A DNA stretch of 32,000 nucleotides from Alkalilimnicola ehrlichii MLHE-1 (GCF_000014785.1 NC_008340.1:2250001-2282000); one strand, 5' to 3'. Positions 1-11,020 are shown, counted from the stretch's first letter. Made by a program: numbers and translations. Notes: generated by a model from the letters alone, not told the origin.

Positions 1-1690
<1,690 letters not shown>

Positions 1691-1742
1691 GCCGCGCAGT
1701 CTCAACCTTGGGTGAGCGAATGGGATTGGGTGACCGGGCGCC

Positions 1743-2879
1743 TCAGCGGCCCTCGGCCGCCATCAGGTCAATGAACCGGTCGAACAGCGGTTGCACGTCC
1801 CGCGGCCCGGGGCCCGCCTCCGGGTGTCCCTGGAAGCTGAAGGCCGGCCGGTCGGTCCGGGCCACGCCCTGCAACGAACCGTCGAACAGCGACCGGTGGG
1901 TGGCCCGGAGGTTGTCCGGCAGGCTGTCCTCGTCCACCGCGAAGCCGTGGTTCTGACTGGAGATCATCACCCGGCCGGTATCCAGGTCCTGTACCGGGTG
2001 GTTGGCCCCGTGGTGACCGAACTTCATCTTCACGGTGCGGGCACCGCTGGCCAGGCCGAGCAACTGGTGGCCCAGGCAGATGCCGAAGGTGGGTCGACCG
2101 GCCTCCACCACCTGGCGGATCGCCTCAATGGCATACCCCAACGGCTCGGGATCGCCGGGCCCGTTGGAGAGAAAGACCCCGTCCGGGTTCATACCCAGCA
2201 CCTCGTCGGCGCTGGTGCGCGGTGGCACCACGGTCACCCGGCAGCCGCGATCCGCCAGCATGCGCAGGATGTTGTGCTTGATCCCGTAGTCCCAGGCCAC
2301 GACGTGGAAGCGGTCCGCCGGCTGGTCGCCCGCATCGCTGACCCCCATACCCAGGGCCCAGCTGCCGCGACGCCATTCGTAGGGCACCTCGGTGCCGGCA
2401 TCGGTGGCCAGATCCATGCCCTTCAGGCCGGGGAACTCGCGGGCGGCGGCCAGCGCCTTGTCCTCGTCCACCTCGCCCGCCATCAGGCAGGCGTTCTTGC
2501 TGCCCTGCTCGCGCAGCAGACGGGTGAGCTTCCGGGTGTCGATGCCGGCGATGCCCACTACGCCCTGCTCGCTGAGCCAGCCGGAGAGGTCCCCGGTGGC
2601 CCGCCAGTTGCTCATGCGCGGGGGCACGTCGCGCACCACCAGCCCGGCCAGGCGCGCCCCGCTGCTCTCCGGATCCACCTCATTGGTGCCGGTGTTACCG
2701 ATATGGGGGTAGGTCAGGGTGACGATCTGCCGCGTGTAGGAAGGATCGGTGGCGATCTCCTGATAGCCGGTCATGGCGGTATTGAACACCACCTCACCGG
2801 TCACCAGGCCGTCCACCCCGATGGACCGGCCGCGAAAAACCGTGCCGTCCTCCAGTACGAGAATAGCGGGCGTGCTCAA
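1743..2879 (-). CDS. carA: Carbamoyl-phosphate synthase small subunit (glutaminase)
   Basis: Contains the class I glutaminase motif [13 protein letters not shown] and the C-terminal [13 protein letters not shown]. Proposed TTG start at 2879 ([21 protein letters not shown]) is preceded by AGGAGGT. The track's longer form starts at a GTG at 2927. Confidence 0.95.
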   Translation of the reverse strand: MSTPAILVLEDGTVFRGRSIGVDGLVTGEVVFNTAMTGYQEIATDPSYTRQIVTLTYPHIGNTGTNEVDPESSGARLAGLVVRDVPPRMSNWRATGDLSGWLSEQGVVGIAGIDTRKLTRLLREQGSKNACLMAGEVDEDKALAAAREFPGLKGMDLATDAGTEVPYEWRRGSWALGMGVSDAGDQPADRFHVVAWDYGIKHNILRMLADRGCRVTVVPPRTSADEVLGMNPDGVFLSNGPGDPEPLGYAIEAIRQVVEAGRPTFGICLGHQLLGLASGARTVKMKFGHHGANHPVQDLDTGRVMISSQNHGFAVDEDSLPDNLRATHRSLFDGSLQGVARTDRPAFSFQGHPEAGPGPRDVQPLFDRFIDLMAAEGR

Positions 2880-2901
2880 GAGACCTCCTGGTTGCGCGCG
2901 C

Positions 2902-2934
2902 AAAAACGGGAGGGAATCCTTGGACACCCTCCCG
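2902..2934 (-). terminator. Intrinsic-terminator-like hairpin in the carA 5' leader (candidate attenuator)
   Basis: Minus strand reads CGGGAGGG-TGTCCAAGGATT-CCCTCCCG-TTTTTG: perfect 8-bp GC-rich arms, 12-nt loop, immediate T5 tract. It lies 23 nt or more upstream of the carA start, with no upstream gene on the same strand nearby. Confidence 0.6.
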
Positions 2935-2937
2935 CTC

Positions 2938-2991
2938 TTAGATGACTGCCATTCGATGTGGCGGGGATTTTACCGCCACCCGATAGCGCAT
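2938..2991 (-). CDS. Putative 17-aa leader peptide [17 protein letters not shown] upstream of carA
   Basis: ATG at 2991 to TAA at 2938, ending 3 nt before the terminator-like hairpin. Three of 17 codons are Arg. The Shine-Dalgarno is weak, so support is mostly positional. Confidence 0.3.
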   Translation of the reverse strand: MRYRVAVKSPPHRMAVI

Positions 2992-3109
2992 GTCCAACGC
3001 CGCTTACCCGGCGAGCGCCTGCCACCGAACCCGCCTGCATCTCATGTAAGATGCGCCGGTTATCATCACACGCTTGGCAACCGTTTCATCCGCCACGACA
3101 AGGGGTGTC

Positions 3110-4036
3110 ATGACCGCGCTGTCGCTGACCAATATCAACAAGATCTACGATGACGGCACCATCGCCCTGCGCGATATTCACCTCCGCGTCAGTCGAGGGG
3201 AGTTTTTCGGCCTGCTGGGGCCGAACGGCGCTGGAAAATCCACGCTGATCGGCATCGTCAGCTCCCTGGTGCGCAAGAGCGCCGGCCAGGTCCGGGTGTT
3301 CGGGCACGACCTCGACCGGGACCCGTGGGGGGCCAAATGCAACCTGGGCCTGGTACCGCAGGAGTTCAACTTCAACAACTTCGAGACGGTCGAGCAGATC
3401 CTGCTCAACCAGGCCGGCTATTACGGTGTGCCACGCCGCCTGGCGCGCGGGCGGGCGGAGAAATACCTCAAGGCCCTGGGGCTGTGGGACAAGCGCAACA
3501 CCGTCTCGCGCAACCTCTCCGGGGGCATGAAGCGCCGGCTGATGATCGCCCGCGCCCTGGTCCACGAGCCGGGCCTGCTCATCCTCGACGAGCCCACCGC
3601 CGGCGTGGACATAGAACTGCGCCGCTCCATGTGGGACTTCCTGCGCTACATCAACGACGAGGGCGTCACGATCATCCTCACCACCCACTACCTGGAGGAG
3701 GCGGAGAGCCTGTGCCGTAACCTGGCCATCATTGACGGTGGCCGGATCATCGAGAACACCGACGTACGCAGCCTGCTGCGCACGCTCTCCACCCACAGCT
3801 TCATCCTCGACCTGGTGGAGCCGTTGGCGGAATTGCCCACCATTCCCGATTACCGGCTGAAAAAGCTCGATGACTACACCGTCGAGGTGGAGGTGGACCG
3901 CCACCGCAGCCTGACGGAACTGTTCGCCCAACTGGATAAGCACGGCATCCGCATCGCCAGCATGAAGAACAAGGCCAACCGCCTGGAGGAGACCTTCATG
4001 CGGCTGGTGCAGAAGGAGGAGTCCCAAGGTGCATAG
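3110..4036 (+). CDS. yadG: ABC transporter ATP-binding protein, YadG-like
   Basis: Walker A GPNGAGKST, signature LSGGMKRR, Walker B LLILDEPTAGVD; VPQEFNFNNFETVEQILLNQAGYYGV is closely YadG-like. ATG at 3110 preceded by AAGGGGTG. Confidence 0.93.
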   Translation: MTALSLTNINKIYDDGTIALRDIHLRVSRGEFFGLLGPNGAGKSTLIGIVSSLVRKSAGQVRVFGHDLDRDPWGAKCNLGLVPQEFNFNNFETVEQILLNQAGYYGVPRRLARGRAEKYLKALGLWDKRNTVSRNLSGGMKRRLMIARALVHEPGLLILDEPTAGVDIELRRSMWDFLRYINDEGVTIILTTHYLEEAESLCRNLAIIDGGRIIENTDVRSLLRTLSTHSFILDLVEPLAELPTIPDYRLKKLDDYTVEVEVDRHRSLTELFAQLDKHGIRIASMKNKANRLEETFMRLVQKEESQGA

Positions 4037-4811
4037 CTCGCAGCTCCAGCGGTCGCTGATCTCGCTGCAGACCCTGGCCTGGAAGGAGACCCATCGTTAC
4101 CTGCGGATTTGGGTCCAGACCCTGGTACCGCCGGCGATCACCATGACCCTCTATTTTGTGATCTTCGGCAATCTCATCGGCCCGCGCATCGGCCCCATGG
4201 AGGGCTATTCCTACATGGAGTACATAGCGCCGGGGATCATAATGATGGCGGTGATCACCAACAGCTACGCCAACGTGGTGTCGTCCTTCTTCGGCGCCAA
4301 GTTCCAGCACCATATCGAAGAGGTACTGGTCTCACCCACGCCCAATTACATCATCCTGCTGGGCTATGTTGCCGGCGGCGTGGGGCGGGGCCTACTCACC
4401 GGTCTTATCGTGACCATCGTGGCGCTGTTCTTCACCCGCCTGCCGGTCAACAACCTACCCATCACCATCTCGGTGGTCTTCCTGACGGCCGTGCTGTTTT
4501 CCCTGGGCGGCTTCATCAACGCCGTATTCGCGCGCAAATTCGACGATATCGCCCTGATCCCCACCTTTGTGCTGACACCGCTCACCTACCTGGGCGGGGT
4601 CTTTTATTCCATCAACCTGCTGCCGGATTTCTGGCAGGGCGTCTCCATGGGCAACCCCATACTCCACATGGTCAACGCCTTTCGCTATGGGATATTGGGC
4701 CAGTCGGACATCGGCATTGTCACCGCCTATGGGCTGATCCTAGGGTTCATTGTTCTGCTGGGAAGTATTAGCCTGTGGCTATTGCACCGCGGCACCGGCC
4801 TGAGGAGTTGA
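4029..4811 (+). CDS. yadH: ABC-2 type transporter permease, YadH-like
   Basis: Six-TM ABC-2 permease with TLVPPAITMTLYFVIFGNLIG and FQHHIEEVLVSPTPNYIILLGYVAGG. Overlaps yadG by 8 nt. Confidence 0.92.
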   Translation: MHSSQLQRSLISLQTLAWKETHRYLRIWVQTLVPPAITMTLYFVIFGNLIGPRIGPMEGYSYMEYIAPGIIMMAVITNSYANVVSSFFGAKFQHHIEEVLVSPTPNYIILLGYVAGGVGRGLLTGLIVTIVALFFTRLPVNNLPITISVVFLTAVLFSLGGFINAVFARKFDDIALIPTFVLTPLTYLGGVFYSINLLPDFWQGVSMGNPILHMVNAFRYGILGQSDIGIVTAYGLILGFIVLLGSISLWLLHRGTGLRS

Positions 4812-4818
4812 AAAAACC

Positions 4819-6162
4819 ATGGATCCACTGCGCTCGCCCCTGCTGACGGACCTCTACCAGCTCACCATGCTGGAGAGCTATTACGAGCGCGACATGGTCG
4901 CCCCAGCCACCTTCGAGCTCTATGCCCGCAAACTGCCGCCCCACTGCGGCTACCTGATCGCCGCCGGGCTGGAGCAGGCGCTGGACTGGCTGGAGCAGTT
5001 GCGCTTCGGCCCGGAGGAGCTGGCTTGGCTGGATGGGAGCGGCCTGTTCAAACCGCGGTTCATCGAGCGGCTGGCGGACTGGCGCTTCACCGGCGAGGCG
5101 TATGCGCTGCCGGAAGGCACAGCGCTGTTCCCGGACGAGCCCCTGCTTCAGATCACCGCCCCGCTGCCGGAGGCGCAGCTGGTGGAGAGCCGGCTGATGA
5201 ACCTGGTGCAGTTCCAGACCCTGGTGGCCACCCGCGCCGCCCGGGTGGTGGAGGCGGCCCAGGGCCGTCGGGTGGTGGATTTCGGCATGCGCCGCGCTCA
5301 CGGGGCCGAGGCCGCTCTGTTCGCGGCCCGGGCGACCTACCTGGCGGGATTCGATGCCACCGCGACGGTGCTGGCCGGTGCGGAATACGGCATCCCGGTG
5401 ACCGGCACCATGGCGCACTCCTACATTCTCGCGTTCGCCGAAGAGACGGAAGCCTTCAAGGCCTTTATCGAGGCGCACCCCGACAAGGCGGTGCTGCTGA
5501 TCGACACCTACGACACCGAGGCCGCCGCCGCCAAGGTGGTGGAGCTGGCCCGCCAGGGCTACCGGGCCTCGGCAGTGCGCCTGGACAGTGGTGATCTGGC
5601 GGACCATGCCCGCCAGGTGCGGCGCATCCTCGACGATGGGGGATTGACCGAGACGCTGATCCTGGCCAGTGGCGATCTCGACGAATACGCCGTGGCGGAA
5701 ATGGTCGGACAAGGCGTGCCGATTGATGGCTTCGGGCTAGGCACCCGTATCGACACCGCCTCCGAGCAGCCCTTTCTGGAGTGCGCCTACAAGCTGATGG
5801 CCTACGCGGGCGAACCCCGGCGTAAGCGCTCGGAGGGTAAGGGCCACTGGGCCGGACGCAAGCAGATCTGGCGCCACCACGACGCTCAGGGCCGCGTCCA
5901 GGCGGATACCCTCGGGTTGGCGGAGGAGCGCCCCCCGGCAGCCGCCGAACCGCTGCTGCAATGCGCGATGCGCGATGGCGAACGGCTGGTCGCCCCGGAG
6001 TCGCTGGACGTCATCCGCCGCCGCACCCGCGAGAGCCTGCGTCGGCTCCCCGGCCACTGCCGGGACCTGCAACAGCCCACGCCCATCACCGTACACCCCA
6101 CCGATGCGCTGAAGTCAGCGGCCCGGCGAGCGGATCGCGTCACGGGTTATCAGGGGCCGTAG
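4819..6162 (+). CDS. pncB: Nicotinate phosphoribosyltransferase
   Basis: MDPLRSPLLTDLYQLTMLESYYERD at the N-terminus, DFGMRRAHGAEA, GTMAHSYILAF, LDSGDLADHARQVRRILD, IDGFGLGTRI: family motifs. Confidence 0.92.
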   Translation: MDPLRSPLLTDLYQLTMLESYYERDMVAPATFELYARKLPPHCGYLIAAGLEQALDWLEQLRFGPEELAWLDGSGLFKPRFIERLADWRFTGEAYALPEGTALFPDEPLLQITAPLPEAQLVESRLMNLVQFQTLVATRAARVVEAAQGRRVVDFGMRRAHGAEAALFAARATYLAGFDATATVLAGAEYGIPVTGTMAHSYILAFAEETEAFKAFIEAHPDKAVLLIDTYDTEAAAAKVVELARQGYRASAVRLDSGDLADHARQVRRILDDGGLTETLILASGDLDEYAVAEMVGQGVPIDGFGLGTRIDTASEQPFLECAYKLMAYAGEPRRKRSEGKGHWAGRKQIWRHHDAQGRVQADTLGLAEERPPAAAEPLLQCAMRDGERLVAPESLDVIRRRTRESLRRLPGHCRDLQQPTPITVHPTDALKSAARRADRVTGYQGP

Positions 6163-6185
6163 GGCACCCCCTGCCGATGAGAAAT

Positions 6186-6217
6186 CGGGGCCGCCGGGAC
6201 ACCGCCCAACGGCCCCG
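6186..6217. terminator. GC-rich hairpin in the convergent pncB / hns-like intergenic region
   Basis: CGGGGCCG (6186-6193) and CGGCCCCG (6210-6217) are perfect 8-bp inverted arms with a 16-nt loop. There is no T-tract. Confidence 0.35.
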
Positions 6218-6240
6218 CCGCCGGCCGGGACAGCAGCGCC

Positions 6241-6558
6241 TCAGCCGACGCGCAGCTCATCGATATCGCGCCCCTTCTGTTCCCACTCGTTGATCCAGCG
6301 CGGACGGCGCCCGCGGCCCGACCACGTCTTGGAAGGATCCTCCGGGTGGCGATAGATGGCCTTTGCCTTGGCCTTTTGCCCGCTGGCGGGCTGGGCATTG
6401 CCCACCAGTTCGTTGAGCGCAAAACCATACTTTTCGGCTACCGCCTTCAGCTCCCGCTGCGCCTCTTTTGCCTGCTGCTTACGGCGCTGACGGATCTCAC
6501 GATCAATATCGGTTTTCAGCTTATTCAGCTCGCTGACAGAATACCCACTAAGGTCCAT
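6241..6558 (-). CDS. H-NS family DNA-binding protein
   Basis: 105 aa; coiled-coil N-terminus and the H-NS C-terminal signature YRHPEDPSKTWSGRGRRPRWI. Confidence 0.9.
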   Translation of the reverse strand: MDLSGYSVSELNKLKTDIDREIRQRRKQQAKEAQRELKAVAEKYGFALNELVGNAQPASGQKAKAKAIYRHPEDPSKTWSGRGRRPRWINEWEQKGRDIDELRVG

Positions 6559-6673
6559 TGCCTCTCCTCGTTGGAAAACATGGCTTCAGATCAAAGAATA
6601 CGACTTAACGATCCCTCGTTATGAAAGTATTTTATTCCACGGATTACAGCTGCGCAACAAATTGGCAGGTTCG

Positions 6674-6773
6674 GGCGCAAGATATTATGTGGCGCCCTTC
6701 TTTTGGGTCAATATGACCCGGTTGCGGGCGTCTGCCCCTAACCACCCCGGCGACTATCAATTAACTTGATAGA
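6674..6773. promoter_or_regulatory. Cluster of three dyads in an AT-rich divergent intergenic region
   Basis: GGGCGC-N13-GCGCCC (6674-6698); GGGTCA-ATA-TGACCC (6706-6720); CTATCAA-TTAAC-TTGATAG (6755-6773). Confidence 0.4.
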
Positions 6774-6862
6774 CGGCATAAACAGTCCCGTGGACGTCAC
6801 CCACCCTTTCTGTAAGAATTGGCCGCCCAGCCATCAACAACCGGTTCGAGACCCTTATTCCT

Positions 6863-8086
6863 ATGTCCAGCCAACTTTCCGCTATTGCCGCCGTACTCAC
6901 CGTGGAACTGGCCCCCGATGCCGTCGCCCAGGGCTACCAGCCGCCCCGCCCGCTGGAACGCGACCGGGGCGAGGAGTTGGCCTGGGCCCTGGCCGCGGAC
7001 CTGCAGGAGGTCCTCGGCGATCTTCAGGACTACGGGCTGGTGATCCCCGCCGCTCTCTACGATTTGACCGAGATCCTGCGCCCCGGACTGCCGATGGTGG
7101 ACATCCTGATGGAACTCTACCGGGGCGGATTGCAGGGTGGCGCCTTCCAGCCCCAATTAATGGCCATAGGTGCCCATCAGGGGCATTGGCCGGTGGAGGC
7201 CATCGCCCCCGAGCGCACCCCGGGCGCCGGCCCGATGCTGGGCCTGCCGCTGGTATTCATTGGCCCGGCAGAGACAATGGCGGACCTGGAGCGGCGGCTG
7301 GAGGAGCACCTGCTGGAGAAGGGGCGCGCCGGGCTGCGCACGCGGGAGCTGATGGAGAGCGATTTCCAGGTACCGGCGGTCAATCTGGCCTACGCCACCT
7401 TCAACGACCTCTGCGCCATGCTCCGGCTACAGCTGGAGCACCACGGCTTCGCCGAACTCTGGACGCTGCTGCAGGGGGCCCTGTTCCATCCTGAGCGGCG
7501 CCAGGTGACCCGCCTGGACAGTGGCAACGCCTTTTGGCTCGATGGGAGACGGGTCTACACCCCCTTCTACACCGTGGCCCAGTGGCAGGCCGAGCACGGC
7601 AGCGGCCTCGATGGCTATGCCGCCTGGTTGCGCACTCAGCGCCAATACATGGCCGGCCTGGGCGCGCACGGGCTCGAGGTGATCCTGTGCGCTGCGGACC
7701 CGGCACTGGCCGGGGCCTGTGCCAACAAGGGTGTGGCCCGGCTGCAGGAGAAGGCCCTGCCCCATCCGGACCGGCTGCGGGAGAAGGCGGTGGAGAGCCA
7801 GGAGGGCGACCTCACCGCAGCGACCCGGGTGACGCTGACCGAACAGCACCTCCCCGACCTGGGCCCGATCGCCTACACCGCCGAGTTGCACGGACCGGAC
7901 GGCGAACTGCTGCAGCAAGTCCACGATTACCCGCTGCACCCGGGGGCGCTGCAATCGATTCAAGCCGACTGGCAGGCGCGGGCCCAGGGCCTGGGCGCGG
8001 CATTCGAGCTGTTTCGGCCGGGGCGGGTGGTGACCGACGCGCAGGCACCGGGGCAACTGCGCGGCGACCGGCCAGAGGCCCCCTGA
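6863..8086 (+). CDS. Uncharacterised 407-aa protein, no family recognised
   Basis: Long ORF with an ordinary amino-acid mix, starting MSSQLSAIAAVLTVELAPDAVAQ. It is the only plausible coding frame in this interval. Confidence 0.75.
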   Translation: MSSQLSAIAAVLTVELAPDAVAQGYQPPRPLERDRGEELAWALAADLQEVLGDLQDYGLVIPAALYDLTEILRPGLPMVDILMELYRGGLQGGAFQPQLMAIGAHQGHWPVEAIAPERTPGAGPMLGLPLVFIGPAETMADLERRLEEHLLEKGRAGLRTRELMESDFQVPAVNLAYATFNDLCAMLRLQLEHHGFAELWTLLQGALFHPERRQVTRLDSGNAFWLDGRRVYTPFYTVAQWQAEHGSGLDGYAAWLRTQRQYMAGLGAHGLEVILCAADPALAGACANKGVARLQEKALPHPDRLREKAVESQEGDLTAATRVTLTEQHLPDLGPIAYTAELHGPDGELLQQVHDYPLHPGALQSIQADWQARAQGLGAAFELFRPGRVVTDAQAPGQLRGDRPEAP

Positions 8087-8120
8087 GTGCGACAAAGGCT
8101 CGGGGCGGGGGCGACGATTC

Positions 8121-8717
8121 TCAGGGGTTGAGCAGCCGGTGGCACCAGCCCTCGGCGGTGTGCTCGTAGACGTCACGCTCGTGCAGCCGGCCGGGGCGGG
8201 CCCGCCAGAACTCGATACGGACCGGCGCCAGTCGGTAGCCGGACCAATGCGGGGGCCGCGGCACCGCTTCCCCGTCGGGGAACCGGGCGGCGTACTCCGC
8301 CACCCGCTGCTCCAGAACCTCGCGGGACTCCAGCCCCCGGGACTGGTGCGAGGCCCAGCCACCGATCTGGCTCTCCCGCGGCCGGCCGGCCCAATAGGCA
8401 TCGGCCTCCGCCTCCGCCACCGGCGTGACCACCCCCTCAATGACCACCTGCTCGGCCAACGGCGCCCAGTGGAAGCAGACTGCGGCGCGCGGGTTCTCCG
8501 CCAATGCCTGCCCCTTACGGCTATGGCGATTGGTATAAAAGGCAAAACCGCGCTCGTCATAGCCCTTCAACAACACCGTACGCACCTGCGGCCAGCCACT
8601 GGCGCTGCAGGTGGCGAGGGTGCAGGCGGTATGATCCACCACATCCGCCGCTTCAGCGGCCCGGCCATAGACCTCTGCGAATCGGGCCAGGGCCTGCTCT
8701 AGCAACTGCATGTGCAA
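8121..8717 (-). CDS. pdxH: Pyridoxamine 5'-phosphate oxidase family (PdxH-like)
   Basis: TCSASGWPQVRTVLLKGYDERGFAFYTNRHSRKGQALAENPRAAVCFHW, SHQSRGLESREVLEQR, PPHWSGYRLAPVRIEFWR.R..RLHER: PdxH motifs. Terminates ...GWCHRLLNP. Confidence 0.92.
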   Translation of the reverse strand: MHMQLLEQALARFAEVYGRAAEAADVVDHTACTLATCSASGWPQVRTVLLKGYDERGFAFYTNRHSRKGQALAENPRAAVCFHWAPLAEQVVIEGVVTPVAEAEADAYWAGRPRESQIGGWASHQSRGLESREVLEQRVAEYAARFPDGEAVPRPPHWSGYRLAPVRIEFWRARPGRLHERDVYEHTAEGWCHRLLNP

Positions 8718-8790
8718 TCCTTTCCGTCATCACGACGGGTCAGCGGGGTCACCACCCCGATGGTTGTTGGCACGGGAATCCCCGTACCGC

Positions 8791-10212
8791 TCAGGTATGT
8801 TGCAACCCCTCGTGGTGGCTGGCCGTCTCCGCCGGAGCGACCTTGACGTTCAGCCCCTCCATATCCACCACCACCAGGGCCTGTCCGGCCTTGACCGGCT
8901 GGTCGGTGAACGCATTCCAGAGCTCCCCCTGGATGCGCACCTTACCCTTGTGCTCGAAATCCGACACCGCCTCACAGCGCGCGCCGACAATGCTGTCACG
9001 GCCGCCCTTGCGTGGCCGACGCCAGGCCCGCAGGGCCATGGTCGCGATCCCCAGCACGATCACCAGGCTGGCGATGCCGAAACCGACGATCAACCCGAGG
9101 GAGACCTGAAAGCCCTCCACGTCGGTATCGAAGAGCATGATCGAGCCCAATATGAAGGCGATCACCCCGCCGATACCGAGGATACCGAAACTGGGCGCGA
9201 AGGCCTCCGCCACCATGAAGCCCAACCCCAGCAGGATGAGCGCCATACCGGCATAGCTGATGGGCAGTGCCTGGAAAGCAAACAGGGCCAACAGCAGGCA
9301 GATGGCACCCAGCACACCGGGGACCAGGCTGCCCGGGTTCATCAGCTCGAAGATGATGCCGTAGATGCCGATCAGCATCAGCATGTAGGCCACATTGGGG
9401 TTGGTGAGCACAGAGAGCAACTGGGTGCGCCAGTCCGGCTCGATCACCTCCAGCGTGGCGCCGGCGGTATCCAGGGTCACCTCGCCAACGCTGGTCTGCA
9501 CCGTCTGCCCGTCCATGGCCTCCAGCAACGCCTCCAGATTGGAGACCCGGTGCTCGATCACCCCCAGCTCCAACGCCTCGCTGGAGCTGGCGCTGGCGGC
9601 CTCGCGCACGGCCTTCTCCGCCCAGTCGGCGTTGCGGCCGCGCAATTCCGCCAGCCCGCGAATGTAGGAGACCGCGTCTTCCAACACCTTGCGCTCGGTG
9701 GCCGAACCGGGGTCGCGCCGGGGCCGCTCTTCAGGTGCCTCGTCATTGCCGTTGGCCGCCTCGTCGTTGTCGTCCGCGGCCTCCTCCTGTTCCGGCTGGC
9801 CGCCCGGCGGGAAGCCGCCCCCGCCCCCAATCTGCACCGGCGTGGCCGCACCCAAATTGGTGGCCGGCGCCATCGCCGCCACGTGCGAGGCGTAGAGGAT
9901 GTAGGTGCCGGCACTAGCGGCCCGGGCCCCGTCCGGCCCGACCCAGGTGGCCACCGGAACCGGAGAGGCGAGGATGTCCTTGATGATGTCGCGCATGGCG
10001 CTGTCCAGGCCGCCCGGCGTGTCCATACGCAGGATGACCACCACGGCGTCGCGCTCCTCAGCGGTTTTCAGACCGCCGGCAATGAAATGGCTGGTGGCCG
10101 GGCCGATGGGGCCCTCCACATCCAGCACCAGGGCCAGCCGGTCCGCGTCCGCGCCCAGGGGCAGTGCGGTGGCCAGATAAAGCAACAGGACTGCGAGGAC
10201 GTTCTTCAACAC
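8791..10212 (-). CDS. NfeD-family (ClpP-class) membrane-bound serine protease
   Basis: LRMDTPGGLDSAMRDIIKDILASPVPVATWVGPDGARAASAGTYILYASHVAAMAP catalytic region, multi-TM middle, C-terminal NfeD OB-like domain. GTG start at 10212 with upstream GAGGTGG. Confidence 0.9.
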   Translation of the reverse strand: MLKNVLAVLLLYLATALPLGADADRLALVLDVEGPIGPATSHFIAGGLKTAEERDAVVVILRMDTPGGLDSAMRDIIKDILASPVPVATWVGPDGARAASAGTYILYASHVAAMAPATNLGAATPVQIGGGGGFPPGGQPEQEEAADDNDEAANGNDEAPEERPRRDPGSATERKVLEDAVSYIRGLAELRGRNADWAEKAVREAASASSSEALELGVIEHRVSNLEALLEAMDGQTVQTSVGEVTLDTAGATLEVIEPDWRTQLLSVLTNPNVAYMLMLIGIYGIIFELMNPGSLVPGVLGAICLLLALFAFQALPISYAGMALILLGLGFMVAEAFAPSFGILGIGGVIAFILGSIMLFDTDVEGFQVSLGLIVGFGIASLVIVLGIATMALRAWRRPRKGGRDSIVGARCEAVSDFEHKGKVRIQGELWNAFTDQPVKAGQALVVVDMEGLNVKVAPAETASHHEGLQHT

Positions 10213-10315
10213 AGGGATCCCACCTCGATTACTCCCGCGCGTGGCGTTCCCCACCCGTGGTCCGGGTAGGGCGCGTTCTTAACCCTCAGACAGCGGCGCG
10301 GCCACCGCCGTTCGC

Positions 10316-11020
10316 TCAACGCCAGCGGGCCAGCACCGTCGGCAACCGGCTCAGGTCCGCCAATTCCACATGAGGCAGCCGCTCCAGGTCCTCCGGCCAG
10401 GGTTCGCCCCGGCGGTTGAGCCAAACGGCCCCCATCCCAAAGCGCACCGCGCCCAGCACGTCGCTGTGCACCTCATCACCCACATGGACCATCTCACCGG
10501 GGGCGATGCCGGCCCGATGACAGGCCGCCTCGAAGATGATCCGGCTCGGCTTGGCCGCGCCGACCTCCACCGCTGAGACACTGAAGTCAAAGTACTCGCC
10601 CAAGGCCAGGCGGTTGACGTCGGCATTACCGTTGGTCAGCGCTCCGATCCGGTAGTGACGGCGCAATGCCGTCAGGGTGGGGGCCACGTCGTCATATGGC
10701 ACCACTTCGTGGCGCCCCTCCATGAAGACATGGAAGGCCGCCTCCACCATATCCTCACCATAGCCGCAGGTCAGCGCGATGCGTCGCAGCGACGCACGGC
10801 GCATGGCGCTGACATTGATCCGCAACTCCGGGTGCTCCTCCGCCATACGCAACCGCAGCCGGCGCATGGCCTCCTCGTCGAAATGCTCGCTGACCCGCGG
10901 ATAGCGCGCCGCCAGAAAGCGCTGCATGCGCTGCTCGGCACGCTGAATGACGTGTTCCAAGTCCCAGAGGGTGAAGTCGAGATCGAAGGTGACCGCCCGG
11001 ATCGCGCCCGACTCAGGCAT
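10316..11020 (-). CDS. HAD-superfamily hydrolase
   Basis: AVTFDLDFTLWDLEHVI (motif I), LTNGN (motif II), VHVGDEVHSDVLGAVRFGMGAVWLNR (motif IV). ATG at 11020 overlaps the end of dnaQ by 8 nt. Confidence 0.9.
   Translation of the reverse strand: MPESGAIRAVTFDLDFTLWDLEHVIQRAEQRMQRFLAARYPRVSEHFDEEAMRRLRLRMAEEHPELRINVSAMRRASLRRIALTCGYGEDMVEAAFHVFMEGRHEVVPYDDVAPTLTALRRHYRIGALTNGNADVNRLALGEYFDFSVSAVEVGAAKPSRIIFEAACHRAGIAPGEMVHVGDEVHSDVLGAVRFGMGAVWLNRRGEPWPEDLERLPHVELADLSRLPTVLARWR

Noticed and set aside
3086-5712. Minus-strand ORFs 3086..4027 and 4768..5712 opposite the ABC transporter ATPase and pncB
   Set aside because: Shadow frames of strongly supported plus-strand genes.
8710-10269. 519-aa plus-strand ORF opposite the NfeD protease
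   Set aside because: Antisense shadow frame; the minus-strand NfeD product is well supported.
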